From Candidatus Latescibacterota bacterium (lineage in GTDB: Bacteria; Latescibacterota; UBA2968; UBA8231), in the NCBI GenBank assembly GCA_964291625.2, contig OZ220089.1:4224001-4288000 (forward strand): a stretch of 64,000 bases of DNA, written 5' to 3'. This document shows positions 39,407 to 52,858 of this stretch, in pieces. A model generated the notes under the pieces. The model saw only the letters and a program-made list of their open reading frames with translations. It searched no databases and was not told the DNA's origin. A program made the position numbers and the translations under genes. Within the stretch, counting starts at the first letter, position 1. The number at the start of each line of letters is the position of its first letter.

Positions 39407-41103
39407 GCCGCGCCGCCGCCCTCGCCGCCGCCCTGCTCTGGCTGCCCGCCGCCGCCGCCGGCCAGGCGTCGTGGCCGCAGATCCACGGCTCCCTCTCCGA
39501 CCTGCGCCAGGCCTCGAGGTTCCAGGAGGCGGCCGAGCTGCTGGCCCGCTGGATCGAGGACCATCCCCGGCATGAGGAGGCTCGCCTGGTCCTGGGCGAG
39601 GTCCTCGCCGAGGCCGGCCGCCCGGCCGAGGCGGTCGAGGTCTGGACCCGGATGCTGGACGAGCTCTCTCCGGACCTCGAGCGCTACCGTTCGGTGAGCG
39701 CGCGCATGGCCGGTCTGGGCCGCGTCGAAGAGGCCCTGGCCGTCCTCCGGGAGGGCTCGGGGCGGGTCGACGGCGACGACCCCTTCCCCTGGGAGCGGGC
39801 GGAGCTGGCCCTGCGGCTGGGCCGCTTCGAGGAGGTCCTGGCGGCGCACCTCGAGTTCCTGCGCCAGCACCCCTGGCGGCTCCCCCTGGTGGAGAACCGC
39901 ATCGCCGACATGGTCCGCGCCGGGTCGGGGGAGGGGCAGGCCCCCGGGGATCCCGGGCAGGGGTACCTGGAGGCCGCCGAGGACGCCCTGGCCCGGGCCG
40001 AAGGCGAGACCCGCGTCCTGGCGGCGCAGCTCGCAGCCTCCGCCTCCCTGGAGACCGGGCGTTCCGGGCGCGGCGTGCGGGCCCTGGGGCGGGCCCTCCC
40101 CGAAGAGGGGGCCCTGCAGGCCCTCTACTCCTTCGCCTCCCGCTGCGAGGCCCGCGGCGATGCCGCCGCCGCCGCCGAGGCGTATGCCCTGATCGCCGCC
40201 CGCGGAGGTGACTCGGCGCCGCGCTACCGGTCGCTGCTCAAGCAGGCGGAGATGCGCGAGGTCCTCGGCGACGGCGAGGGCGCCGTCGAGCTCTACACGC
40301 GACTGGCCGCCGGCCATCCCCGCCGCGGCGAGGCGGCGGAGGCGCTGCTGCGCGCCGCCCGTCTCCAGGCCGGAGGCCACGGCACGGCGGCGGAGGCGAT
40401 GGAGACCCTGTCCACCCTCGAGGGGCGCGCCGTCAGCCCCGACCTGCAGCGCCGCTGGCTCGGCCTGCGGGCGGAGTGCCACATCCTCCTCGACGACCTG
40501 CCGGCGGCGCGGCGCGAGCTGAGGCGGCTGGCCGCCCTCGACGGAGGACGCGCCGAGGCCGCCTACCACCTGGGGCTCGTGGCCTTCTACCAGGGCGACT
40601 TCGAGCACGCCGGGGCCCTCGTCGACTCGATGGTCACCGCCTCGCCCTCCGATCCGCTGGCCAACGACGCCCTGGCCCTGCTGCTGCTCCTGGAGGAGTT
40701 CGGCCACCAGCCGGAGGCCCTGGCCGTGCTCGCCCGGGCGCGGTTGCGCCAGCGCCAGCGCCGCACGGAGGAGGCCGAGGCGGAGTGGCGGTGGCTGCTC
40801 ACCGAGGCGCCCGCGGCCCTCAGGCAGGCGGTCCGCCTCGAGCGCGCCCGGGGGCTGGAGGACCGCGATCCGGTGCGGGCCCTGGCCCTGTACGTCGAGG
40901 CGGCATCGGCCGCCGGGGACGGCAGCCGCACCTCCGTCACCGCCTCCATGGGACGGGCGCGGGTGCTGGAGGGCCTCGGCGAGGCGGGGGAGGCCCTCAA
41001 GCTCTACGAGCAGACGCTGCTGGCCTCGCCCGAGGACTCGCGGGCCCCGGAGATCCGGCGCCGCATCGAGGAGTTGCGGCGGCTTCTGGAGCCCAGTGGA
41101 TGA
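39403..41103 (+). CDS. exported TPR protein
   Basis: Signal peptide, TPR helices, ANDAL motif; GTGA overlap. Confidence 0.75.
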   Translation: MSRAAALAAALLWLPAAAAGQASWPQIHGSLSDLRQASRFQEAAELLARWIEDHPRHEEARLVLGEVLAEAGRPAEAVEVWTRMLDELSPDLERYRSVSARMAGLGRVEEALAVLREGSGRVDGDDPFPWERAELALRLGRFEEVLAAHLEFLRQHPWRLPLVENRIADMVRAGSGEGQAPGDPGQGYLEAAEDALARAEGETRVLAAQLAASASLETGRSGRGVRALGRALPEEGALQALYSFASRCEARGDAAAAAEAYALIAARGGDSAPRYRSLLKQAEMREVLGDGEGAVELYTRLAAGHPRRGEAAEALLRAARLQAGGHGTAAEAMETLSTLEGRAVSPDLQRRWLGLRAECHILLDDLPAARRELRRLAALDGGRAEAAYHLGLVAFYQGDFEHAGALVDSMVTASPSDPLANDALALLLLLEEFGHQPEALAVLARARLRQRQRRTEEAEAEWRWLLTEAPAALRQAVRLERARGLEDRDPVRALALYVEAASAAGDGSRTSVTASMGRARVLEGLGEAGEALKLYEQTLLASPEDSRAPEIRRRIEELRRLLEPSG

Positions 41104-42365
41104 AGGGCCTCCTCCGCCTGGCGTGCGCCCTGTGGCTGCTGTCCTCGGCCCCTGGCGGGGCCGAGCGGCTGCTGGTGCCCATGGACCTGACCCAGCAGCA
41201 GCACCTCAAGGCCTACGGACTCGCGTTCTGGGTCCTCGAGCGCGGCATCGACGTGGAGTGGCTCCTCAACTACCGCGGCGGCTCCTTCGCCGTCGAGGCC
41301 CACGACCTGATCTCCCGCGAGGCGCGCATCCGGGGGGTCACGGTGCAGACGATCTCCGAGGCCGACATGGCCCGGATCCACTCCGAGATCGAGGGCGCCA
41401 ACATGGATGTGGTGCGGCTGGAGAAGGCCCCGCGCATCGCCGTATACACCCCTCCCAACAAGCAGCCCTGGGACGATGCCGTGACCCTGGCCCTGGAGTT
41501 CGCCGGCATCGACTACGAGAAGCTGTGGGACGAGGAGGTGCTGGCCGGACGCCTCGAGGACTTCGACTGGCTGCACCTGCACCACGAGGACTTCACCGGC
41601 CAGTACGGCAAGTTCTGGGCCAGCTTCCGCAACCAGGCCTGGTACCGCGACCAGCAGCGGCTCTACGAAGCCCAGGCGCGCAGCCTGGGCTTCGCCAAGG
41701 TGTCGGAGCAGAAGAAGGCGGTGGCCCGCCGCATCCGCGAGTACGTCGCCGGCGGCGGCTTCCTCTTCGCCATGTGCTCGGCCACCGACACCTTCGACAT
41801 CGCCCTCGCCTCCGACGGCGTCGACCTGGCCCACTCCGTCTTCGACGGCGACGGCATCGACCCCGACGGCCAGGGGCGCCTCGACTACAGCCGGTGCGTC
41901 GCCTTCGAGGACTTCACCGTCGTCACCGATCCCATCGTCTACGAGCACTCCGACATCGACACCACACCGAGGGACGCGCGCCTGATCCGCACTCCCGAGG
42001 CCGAGTACTTCACCCTCTTCGAGTTCTCCGCGCGCCACGACCCGGTGCCGACGATGCTCACCCAGTGCCACACGAGCGTCGTCGACGGCTTCCTCGGCCA
42101 GACCACCGCCTTCCACCGGCACCTGATCAAGGACCACGTGGTCGTCCTGGCCGAGGTGGAGGGCACCGACATCGTCAAGTACATCCACGCCCAGGTGGGG
42201 CGCGGCACGGTCACCTTCTACGGCGGCCACGACCCCGAGGACCACAAGCACCACGTGGGCGACCCCCCGACGCAGCTCTCCCTCCATCCCACATCCCCGG
42301 GCTACCGGCTGATCCTGAACAACGTCCTCTTTCCGGCGGCCCGGAAGAAGCAGCGCAAGACGTGA
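41100..42365 (+). CDS. conserved exported protein, class I GATase-like fold (family often labelled asparagine synthetase B)
   Basis: HLKAYG, WLLNYRGGSF, WLHLHHEDFTGQYGKF, FAMCSATD, SPGYRLILNNVLFPAA. Confidence 0.7.
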   Translation: MKGLLRLACALWLLSSAPGGAERLLVPMDLTQQQHLKAYGLAFWVLERGIDVEWLLNYRGGSFAVEAHDLISREARIRGVTVQTISEADMARIHSEIEGANMDVVRLEKAPRIAVYTPPNKQPWDDAVTLALEFAGIDYEKLWDEEVLAGRLEDFDWLHLHHEDFTGQYGKFWASFRNQAWYRDQQRLYEAQARSLGFAKVSEQKKAVARRIREYVAGGGFLFAMCSATDTFDIALASDGVDLAHSVFDGDGIDPDGQGRLDYSRCVAFEDFTVVTDPIVYEHSDIDTTPRDARLIRTPEAEYFTLFEFSARHDPVPTMLTQCHTSVVDGFLGQTTAFHRHLIKDHVVVLAEVEGTDIVKYIHAQVGRGTVTFYGGHDPEDHKHHVGDPPTQLSLHPTSPGYRLILNNVLFPAARKKQRKT

Positions 42366-42382
42366 ATTCAAGGAGACCCTGA

Positions 42383-43368
<986 letters not shown>

Positions 43369-43372
<4 letters not shown>

Positions 43373-44289
43373 CCGAGGGCGCAGCCGCCGGCCTCGCCGA
43401 CTACCTCGATCCCGAGACGGCCTCCCGCCTGGGCCGCCTGGACCTGATCGCCCGCCTCGTGGTGGAGGGCTTCATCACCGGCCTGCACCGGTCGCCCTAC
43501 CACGGCTTCTCCGTCGAGTTCTCCGAGCACCGGCCGTACATGCCCGGTGACCCGCTGCGCGACCTCGACTGGAAGGCGCTGGCCCGGACCGACCGCCTGT
43601 ACGTGAAGCGCTACGAGGAGGAGACCAACCTCAAGGCCTGCCTCGCCGTCGACGTGAGCGGCTCCATGGCCTTCGCCGGCTCGGGCCGCGTCAGCAAGTC
43701 ACGCTACGCCTGCTGCCTGGCCGCCGCCCTGGCCTACCTGATGCTCCGCCAGCGCGACGCCGTGGGCCTGGCCCTGCTGCGCGGCGGCCTGCACTCCCTG
43801 GTGCCGCCGCGCTCGGTGGGCAGCCACCTCAACGTCCTCCTGCGGCAGCTCTCGGGCGCGGAGCCCGCCGCCGAGACCGCCCTGGCCCCCGGCCTTCACG
43901 ACCTGGCCGAACGGCTCTCCCGGCGCGGCCTCGTGGTCGTCCTCTCCGACCTGCTCGACGATCCCGGCGAGGTCCTCGGCGGCCTGCGCCACCTGCGCCA
44001 CCGCGGCCACGAGGTGCTGGCCCTGCAGGTCCTCGACCCGAGGGAGATCGACCTGGAGTTCCGCCGGTCGGAGACCCGCTTCGTCGACCTGGAGGACGCC
44101 GAGGGGGGCTCGATCGTCACCCAGCCGTGGCACGTGCAGGAGAGCTACCGCGCCCACGTGGAGTCCCTGCTGGGCCGCTACCGCCGCGGCTGCGCCGAGG
44201 CCGGGGTCGACTACGCCCTGATGGACACGGCGACCCCCTTCGACGCCGCCCTGAGCCGCTATCTCGTGCGCCGGCGGCGCATCGGCTGA
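43369..44289 (+). CDS. DUF58 (vWA-like) MoxR partner
   Basis: EFSEHRPYMPGD, DWK, DVSGSM, SD motif. Confidence 0.92.
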
Positions 44290-44301
44290 ACCCTCCGCCT
44301 C

Positions 44302-44325
44302 AATCTTGCAATTTCCTGCAAGATT
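44302..44325. promoter_or_regulatory. AT-rich inverted repeat upstream of sufB, candidate operator
   Basis: AATCTTGCA-N6-TGCAAGATT, just upstream of a TTGACG at 44337. Confidence 0.5.
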
Positions 44326-44394
44326 TGTAGATTCCCTTGACGGGGATCGCGTCCCCGGCCTGCAACCCCCTGTAAAGCAAACAGATAGGACCAC

Positions 44395-45897
<1,503 letters not shown>

Positions 45898-46231
45898 CCC
45901 CTGGGCGCCGTGAGCGCAGCGAACCAGCGCCCACGGGGATCCCGCGAGAGGAGGCTGCCGCTGTTCCTCTCCTCGAAGCCGGGCCGCGGCGAGGTCCTCA
46001 GCGGGTCTCTACAGCAGCCGGATGCGATCCCGGTCTCTCATGGGCGTCGGGCGTGGGCCCGCAGGCGCATTACGCCGGTAGAAACCCGCACCCGGGTCTG
46101 AAGGACCGCGAGACTCGACGCAGTCGAGGCTCGCAAGCGCTTCAGAACGACTGACAGGCAAAGCACCACTGAACTCAACCGGCGTACGCGCCCGAAGGGC
46201 CCACGCCCGACGCCCCCCAGGAGAACAACCA

Positions 46232-46993
<762 letters not shown>

Positions 46994-46998
46994 AGCCG

Positions 46999-48345
46999 AT
47001 GAGCGCAGAGCAGACCCGCGGCCCCGAGGCCGTCGTCGACCGCTACCTGGCCGCCTTCGAGGGCTTCGAGCGATCTCTGAACGGCGGTGGCGCCGGCCGG
47101 CTGCACGCCCGTCGCCGGGAGGCGATCGCCCGCGTCGCCGACCTCGGCCTGCCGACCTCCCGGTACGAGGCCTGGTCCCACACCAACCCGGCGCCCCTGA
47201 CCCACACCTTCTTCGCCCCGGTGGCCGAGCCCGGCGAGCTGACGGCCGCCGAGGCGGGTTGCTTCCTCGCCGCCGGCGTCGACGGCGCCGTGCTGGTCTT
47301 CGTCGACGGCTGCTACGCCCCGGGCCTGTCGCGAGCCGGCGCCCTTCCCGGCGGGGTCCGGGTGCGCTCTCTCGGCGACCTGGGGCCCGAGGAGTGGAGG
47401 GGGCTCGACGACCTGGGCGCCCACACCCTCGACCTCGACGAGAGCTTCGCCGCCCTCAGCACCGCCTTCGTGCGCGACGGCGCCTTCGTCTCGGTGCCGG
47501 CGGGTGTTGCCGTGGAGGCGCCCATCCAGGTCGTCCACGTGGCCAGCGGCCAGGGCCTGACGACGCCGCGCACCCTCGTGACGGCCGGCGACGGCAGCCG
47601 GGTCACGGTGATCGAGACCTTCGCCGGCACCGGCGACGGCGCCGGCCGGCTGGTGGCGCCGGTGACCGAGATCGCCGTCGGCTCCGGCGCCGCCGTCGAG
47701 TACGGCCGGGTCCATCTCCACGGGGAGGCGGGCTGCCACGCCGGCACCCTCCACGTGAAGGAGGCCGGGGAGGCCCGCTTCACGGCCCACACCCTCTGTC
47801 TCAGCGGTCGGGCGGTGCGCGAGGACGTGACCACCGTCCTCGACGGCGAGGGCATCGACTCCACCCTCAACGGCCTGTTCCTGCCGCGCGCCCGCGAGCT
47901 GGTGGACAACTACACCACCATCGAGCACGCCGCCCCCAACTGCAGCAGCCACGAGCTCTACAAGGGGATCCTCGGCGGCCGGGCCCAGGGCGTCTTCCGC
48001 GGCAAGATCCACGTCCACCAGGTCGCCCAGAAGACCGACGCCTTCCAGTCCAACCAGAACCTGCTGCTCTCCGACGACGCCCAGGTGACCTCCAAGCCGC
48101 AGCTGGAGATCTACGCCGACGACGTCCGCTGCAGCCACGGATCGACCACGGGCCAGCTCGACGCGGCGGCCCTGTTCTACCTGCGCTCCCGCGGCGTGGG
48201 GCTGGCCGAGGCCCGGCGCGTCCTCACCCGCGCCTTCGCCGGCGAGCTGGTGGAGCGCGTCACCCACGACGGCCTCCGGGCCCACGTGGAGGGCCTCGTC
48301 ACCCGGCGGGTCGACGCCGTCCTGGCCGGCGGGGAGGCCGGGTGA
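46999..48345 (+). CDS. sufD: Fe-S cluster assembly protein SufD
   Basis: KPQLEIYADDVRCSHG, FYLRSRG. Confidence 0.95.
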   Translation: MSAEQTRGPEAVVDRYLAAFEGFERSLNGGGAGRLHARRREAIARVADLGLPTSRYEAWSHTNPAPLTHTFFAPVAEPGELTAAEAGCFLAAGVDGAVLVFVDGCYAPGLSRAGALPGGVRVRSLGDLGPEEWRGLDDLGAHTLDLDESFAALSTAFVRDGAFVSVPAGVAVEAPIQVVHVASGQGLTTPRTLVTAGDGSRVTVIETFAGTGDGAGRLVAPVTEIAVGSGAAVEYGRVHLHGEAGCHAGTLHVKEAGEARFTAHTLCLSGRAVREDVTTVLDGEGIDSTLNGLFLPRARELVDNYTTIEHAAPNCSSHELYKGILGGRAQGVFRGKIHVHQVAQKTDAFQSNQNLLLSDDAQVTSKPQLEIYADDVRCSHGSTTGQLDAAALFYLRSRGVGLAEARRVLTRAFAGELVERVTHDGLRAHVEGLVTRRVDAVLAGGEAG

Positions 48346-49616
48346 CCGCCCCCCAGCCGGTCCTGAGCCCGCCCGTGGGCGGCGACGGGCCTCTCGACGT
48401 CGACGCCGTCCGGCGGGACTTCCCGATCCTCGGCCGGGCGGTGCGCGGCCGCGCCCTGGTCTACCTCGACAACGCCGCCACGACCCAGAAGCCGAGGCCG
48501 GTGATCGACGCCGTGGAGCGCTACTACGAGGAGGAGAACGCCAACATCCACCGCGGCGTCCACTTCCTCAGCCAGCAGGCCACGTTCTCCTACGAGCGCG
48601 CCCGCGGCCGCCTGGCCACCTTCGTCAACGCCGCCGAGAGCGCCGAGGTCGTGTTCTGCCGGGGGGCGACGGAGGCGGCCAACCTCGTCGCCCACGGGTA
48701 CGCCAGGTCCCGCGTGGGCGCGGGGGACGAGATCCTCGTCACCCACATGGAGCACCACTCGAACATCGTCCCCTGGCAGATGCTGTGCGAGGCCGCGGGC
48801 GCCCGGCTGCGGGTGGCGCCCGTCACCGACGAAGGCGAGCTCGACCTGGCGGCCTTCGCGGACCTGCTCTGCCCCCGCACCCGCCTCGTGGCCGTGGCCC
48901 ACGCCTCCAACGTCCTCGGCACCGTCAACCCCGTGCGCCGCATCTGCGACCTGGCCCGCGAGTACGGCGCCGCGGTCTTCGTCGACGGCGCCCAGGGCGC
49001 CCCCCACGTGCCGGTGGACGTGCAGGCCCTGGGCTGCGACTTCTACGCCCTCTCCGGCCACAAGCTGTTCGCGCCCACGGGGATCGGCATCCTCTACGGC
49101 CGCCGGGAGCTGCTCGAGGGCATGGCGCCCTACGAAGGCGGCGGCTCCATGATCCAGTCCGTCTCCTTCGAGGGCACCACCTGGGCCGAGCCGCCCGCCC
49201 GCTTCGAGGCCGGCACGCCGAACATCGCCGGCGCCGTCGGCCTGGCCGCGGCCGTGGACTACCTCAACGGGCTCGGCATGGAACGGGTCTCCGCGTACGA
49301 GGAGGACCTCCTCGCCTACGCCTCGGGGCAGCTCGCCGAGGTCGAGGGAGTGCGCGTCTTCGGGGAGGCCCGCCCCAAGGTCCCGGTCCTCTCCTTCGCC
49401 CTCGACGGGGCCCATCCCCACGACATCGGCACCATCCTCGACGCCGAGGGCGTGGCCGTGCGCACCGGCCACCACTGCGCCCAGCCACTGATGCAGCGCT
49501 TCGGCGTGCCCGCCATGACCCGGGCCTCGCTGGCCTTCTACAACACCCCCCGCGAGATCGACCTCCTCGTGGAGGGTCTGCGCAAGGTGGAGTCGGTGAT
49601 GGGAGGCGCGTCGTGA
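48342..49616 (+). CDS. sufS: cysteine desulfurase SufS
   Basis: YLDNAATTQKP, SGHK PLP lysine, RTGHHCAQP. Confidence 0.96.
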   Translation: MTAPQPVLSPPVGGDGPLDVDAVRRDFPILGRAVRGRALVYLDNAATTQKPRPVIDAVERYYEEENANIHRGVHFLSQQATFSYERARGRLATFVNAAESAEVVFCRGATEAANLVAHGYARSRVGAGDEILVTHMEHHSNIVPWQMLCEAAGARLRVAPVTDEGELDLAAFADLLCPRTRLVAVAHASNVLGTVNPVRRICDLAREYGAAVFVDGAQGAPHVPVDVQALGCDFYALSGHKLFAPTGIGILYGRRELLEGMAPYEGGGSMIQSVSFEGTTWAEPPARFEAGTPNIAGAVGLAAAVDYLNGLGMERVSAYEEDLLAYASGQLAEVEGVRVFGEARPKVPVLSFALDGAHPHDIGTILDAEGVAVRTGHHCAQPLMQRFGVPAMTRASLAFYNTPREIDLLVEGLRKVESVMGGAS

Positions 49617-50071
49617 CCGAGCTGCGCGAGCTCTACCAGCAGATCATCCTCGACCACAACCGCCGCCCGCGGAACTTCGGCCCCCTGCCGAAGGCCAACC
49701 GCCGCCAGGAGGGCCACAACCCGCTCTGCGGCGACCACCTCCACGTCTACCTCGTGCTGGCGGACGGGGGGGTGATCGAGGAGATCCACTTCGACGGCTC
49801 GGGGTGCGCCATCTCCAAGGCCTCGGCCTCGCTCATGACCGAGCAGCTCAAGGGCCGCAGCGCCGAGGAGGCGAAGGCCGCCTTCGACAGCTTTCACGAC
49901 CTGGTCACCGGCGACCCCGCCGAGCCCGTCGATCCGGTGAAGGCCGGCAAGCTCGCCGTCTTCGCCGGCGTCCGCGAGTTCCCCATGCGGGTCAAGTGCG
50001 CCACCCTGGCCTGGCATACCATGAAGTCCGCCCTCGACGGCGATGCCGCCGAGCCGGTCACGACGGAGTGA
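49613..50071 (+). CDS. sufU: SUF system NifU-family protein SufU
   Basis: HNPLCGD, GCAISKAS, RVKCA. Confidence 0.93.
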   Translation: MTELRELYQQIILDHNRRPRNFGPLPKANRRQEGHNPLCGDHLHVYLVLADGGVIEEIHFDGSGCAISKASASLMTEQLKGRSAEEAKAAFDSFHDLVTGDPAEPVDPVKAGKLAVFAGVREFPMRVKCATLAWHTMKSALDGDAAEPVTTE

Positions 50072-50427
50072 GCAACGTGGAACCGACCGAACCCCAGGAA
50101 CACCCCCCCGGCAGCGTCGAGGCCAAGGTCGTCGACGTCCTCAAGACCTGCTACGACCCCGAGATCCCCGTCGACATCTACGAGCTCGGCCTGATCTACG
50201 CCGTCGACGTGGAGGAGGGAGAGGAGGGGGGCCGCAAGGTCCACGTCACCATGACCCTCACCTCGCCGGCGTGCCCCGTGGCCGGGACCCTGCCCGGAGA
50301 GGTGCAGCGCAAGGTGCTGGAGGAGGTGGCCGAGGTGGACGACTCCCAGGTCGACGTCACCTGGGACCCGCCGTGGAGCATCGACCGCATGTCGGAGGCG
50401 GCCAAGCTGCAGCTCGGGATGATGTAG
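50068..50427 (+). CDS. sufT: DUF59 / SufT Fe-S assembly protein
   Basis: DPEIPVDIYELGLIY, TLTSPACP, DPPW. Confidence 0.85.
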   Translation: MSNVEPTEPQEHPPGSVEAKVVDVLKTCYDPEIPVDIYELGLIYAVDVEEGEEGGRKVHVTMTLTSPACPVAGTLPGEVQRKVLEEVAEVDDSQVDVTWDPPWSIDRMSEAAKLQLGMM

Positions 50428-50428
50428 G

Positions 50429-50908
50429 ATGAAGCTCAGCGCCCAGGAGGAATACGGACTGCGCTGCCTGCTGCAGGTGGCTCGCCGCGCCCCCGGCGGC
50501 AGCGCCACGATCCCGGAGATCGCCGAGGCCGAGGGCCTGTCGCCCCACAACGCCGCCCGCTACCTCGCCACCCTGAGGCGCAGCGGCCTCGTCGACAGCG
50601 AGCGCGGCCAGCGCGGCGGCTACAGCCTGGCCCGCCCGGCCTCGCGGATCACCGTGGCCGAGGTCGTGGCCGCCCTCGGGGGGCCCCTCTACGACCCCAC
50701 CTTCTGCGACCACTTCACCGGCGCCGAGGAGAGTTGCTGCCACACCCCCGTGGACTGCTCGATCCGCGGCCTCTGGATGCGGGTGCAGGAAGCCGTGGAC
50801 GGCGTCCTGTCGCGCACCAGCCTGCAGGACCTGCAGGACGCCGCCCACGGCGTCGAGGCGTCCCGGGAGCAGGAGCCCGGGGCCCTGCTGCAGGTGGAGA
50901 GCCCCTAG
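50429..50908 (+). CDS. Rrf2-family transcriptional regulator, Cys-rich (probably Fe-S binding)
   Basis: EEYGLRCL, SERGQRGGYSL, FCDH..ESCCH...DC. Confidence 0.9.
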   Translation: MKLSAQEEYGLRCLLQVARRAPGGSATIPEIAEAEGLSPHNAARYLATLRRSGLVDSERGQRGGYSLARPASRITVAEVVAALGGPLYDPTFCDHFTGAEESCCHTPVDCSIRGLWMRVQEAVDGVLSRTSLQDLQDAAHGVEASREQEPGALLQVESP

Positions 50909-50928
50909 GCCCGCACCCGCGCGTCCGC

Positions 50929-51444
50929 TCAGAGCCGGTCGACCTCGAACCGCTCCACCTCGTTGGCGGCGGTCTCGTAGAGCAGGAAGGTCTGCGGCTT
51001 GCCCATGGCCGCCAGGGTGCCGGGGTTGGCGAGCAGCACCCGGCGCTCCCCCACGGTCAGGACCTCGGCGCGCTCATCGTGGTCGTGGCCGAAGAACACG
51101 GCGTCGTACTCCCCGGTGAGGGCGAGCCCCCGGGCCAGGGAGGGATAGTGCTGCACCGCGGCCCGGCGCTCCCCCAGGTCCAGCTCCGCCCGCTCGGCTC
51201 CGTGGAGGTGCAGGTTCGGGCGGTCCCCGAAGCGCGCCGCCATCAGGAACGGGTCCCCGTCGACGTTGCCGAAGGCCAGGTGCACCTGCCCCTCGTACTG
51301 GTCGAGCAGGTGGCCGAGGGTGAGGGGAGCGCAGACGTCGCCGCAGTGGATCAGCGCGCCGATGCCGCGGTCGGCCATGAACCGGCAGACGCGGTCCAGG
51401 GTCGGCCAGTTGTCGTGGGTGTCGGAGATGACGCCGATCTGCAT
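50929..51444 (-). CDS. YfcE-family metallophosphoesterase
   Basis: ISDTHDN, HCGD, GNVD, GHDH, NPG. Confidence 0.88.
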   Translation of the reverse strand: MQIGVISDTHDNWPTLDRVCRFMADRGIGALIHCGDVCAPLTLGHLLDQYEGQVHLAFGNVDGDPFLMAARFGDRPNLHLHGAERAELDLGERRAAVQHYPSLARGLALTGEYDAVFFGHDHDERAEVLTVGERRVLLANPGTLAAMGKPQTFLLYETAANEVERFEVDRL

Positions 51445-51483
51445 GGGGGCCTCCTGAAGAAGGGAGAAAGGGATCCGCGGACA

Positions 51484-52479
51484 CTACCCTCGGTTGGCAT
51501 CTGCCTGTTGGAGCTTGTCCGTAAGGAATCGCTCGATCTGGTCGAGCAGCTCGTCCAGCGCCTTGCCACCCGCGATCTTTCCATTCAACCCGCCGAGAGC
51601 CTCGATGGCTTCCCGTTCGTCAATTTGCGGGTAGAACTCGGCGAACTGCTTGGGACCCGCATGGATGAGCAACTCGCCGCCGCCGTCGCCGGTCTGGGGG
51701 CGCGCGTACATCAGGAACCGGGTGCGGTTGGCCGGCGGCGCGATCCTCACGGAGGCTCGTTGCGGCTGAACCGCGAGATCCGCCTGCCGCGCCATGTTCA
51801 CGAAGCGGTCGAACTGCTGGCCCACGCCCACATCGACGGCCGCGCGACGGATCGCGTCCACCGTGAGCCGGCGCCGCGGAGCCGGTGGCTCGGTCGGTTC
51901 GTCGACCACCTCGCGAATCAACAGTTGGCCACCGGCCACCTCGAAGACGTCGAAGCTGACGACGCTGATCGGGATGCCAAAGCGGCCGAGAAACCCCTTC
52001 ATGCGCTCCAACCCGGGGTGGACGCCGGCACCGACAAGCATGACGGCCATCTCACGCTCCTCCCCTTCGTCGCTCAGCTGCTGCTTCACGCGCGCTGACA
52101 ACGTCTCCGCGTCGCCGATATCGCCGAGGCGGGGCTCGAGCTTCTCGTAGAGTTCATCGCCACCGAGGCGCGCGATGGATGAGGCGTAGTAGAGGGCCTG
52201 CGTCAACGCAGAGTGTTCGAGCATCCCGGGCTTGATCTCGATCACCAGCCAGCGGTCCTGCGAGTCGATGGCCAGCAGGTCCAGCCGCCCGTCGTCGATC
52301 GATACCTGGCGACCGACCAGAGTCAATCCCTCTGCGATCAAGGTCTCGTCGTTCGCGATCCAATCTTCGAGATGCCTCTCCAATCCGATCTGGGAGCGTC
52401 CCACCCTCTTCGGCTTCGACTCCTGCGAGGCACCCTCGGCATGCTGCCCATCGATGCTCCAGGCTGCCAGCTTGCTCAT
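51484..52479 (-). CDS. NucS/DUF91-like PD-(D/E)xK nuclease-domain protein
   Basis: LERHLEDWI, GRLDLLAID, VIEIK, QALYY; GAGGAGG RBS. Confidence 0.7.
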   Translation of the reverse strand: MSKLAAWSIDGQHAEGASQESKPKRVGRSQIGLERHLEDWIANDETLIAEGLTLVGRQVSIDDGRLDLLAIDSQDRWLVIEIKPGMLEHSALTQALYYASSIARLGGDELYEKLEPRLGDIGDAETLSARVKQQLSDEGEEREMAVMLVGAGVHPGLERMKGFLGRFGIPISVVSFDVFEVAGGQLLIREVVDEPTEPPAPRRRLTVDAIRRAAVDVGVGQQFDRFVNMARQADLAVQPQRASVRIAPPANRTRFLMYARPQTGDGGGELLIHAGPKQFAEFYPQIDEREAIEALGGLNGKIAGGKALDELLDQIERFLTDKLQQADANRG

Positions 52480-52489
52480 CACCTCCTCC

Positions 52490-52855
52490 TCAGCATGTCT
52501 CCCGCTTGCCGGTGTCTCCCCGGCGGATCACGAAGTCCCGGCGATCACGGTACAGGAGCGCGCGGTTCAGGACATAGTCGTCGTCGTCGAGATCGATCTC
52601 GGAGCACTCGGTCATGGTCCAGTACTTGTAGTCTCCCAGGAAGAGGTACTGGCGCCTCTCGTGGAAGAACTGGCACTCGACGCCTTCACCTCGGCGGATG
52701 CGTTCACAGAAAGCCGCCAGAAGCTCCTGCTGTCCGTCGCGCTTGACGACGACGTACTCGTGAGGCCACGTCTCCCGGTACGTCACCGCTTCGCGCCACG
52801 GGGCCCTGGCTATCAACTCCATGATGTGCGGCCTGGGCCGCGTCGGGTTGTCCAC
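52490..52855 (-). CDS. conserved hypothetical protein (WPHEY / YKYWTM motifs)
   Basis: GGAGG RBS, compact globular composition, coupled between the UDG and nuclease genes. Confidence 0.6.
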   Translation of the reverse strand: MDNPTRPRPHIMELIARAPWREAVTYRETWPHEYVVVKRDGQQELLAAFCERIRRGEGVECQFFHERRQYLFLGDYKYWTMTECSEIDLDDDDYVLNRALLYRDRRDFVIRRGDTGKRETC

Positions 52856-52858
52856 CGT

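Noticed and set aside
41100-42365. Call as true asparagine synthetase AsnB
   Set aside because: No N-terminal Cys Ntn domain or SGGLDS motif, and it has a signal peptide.
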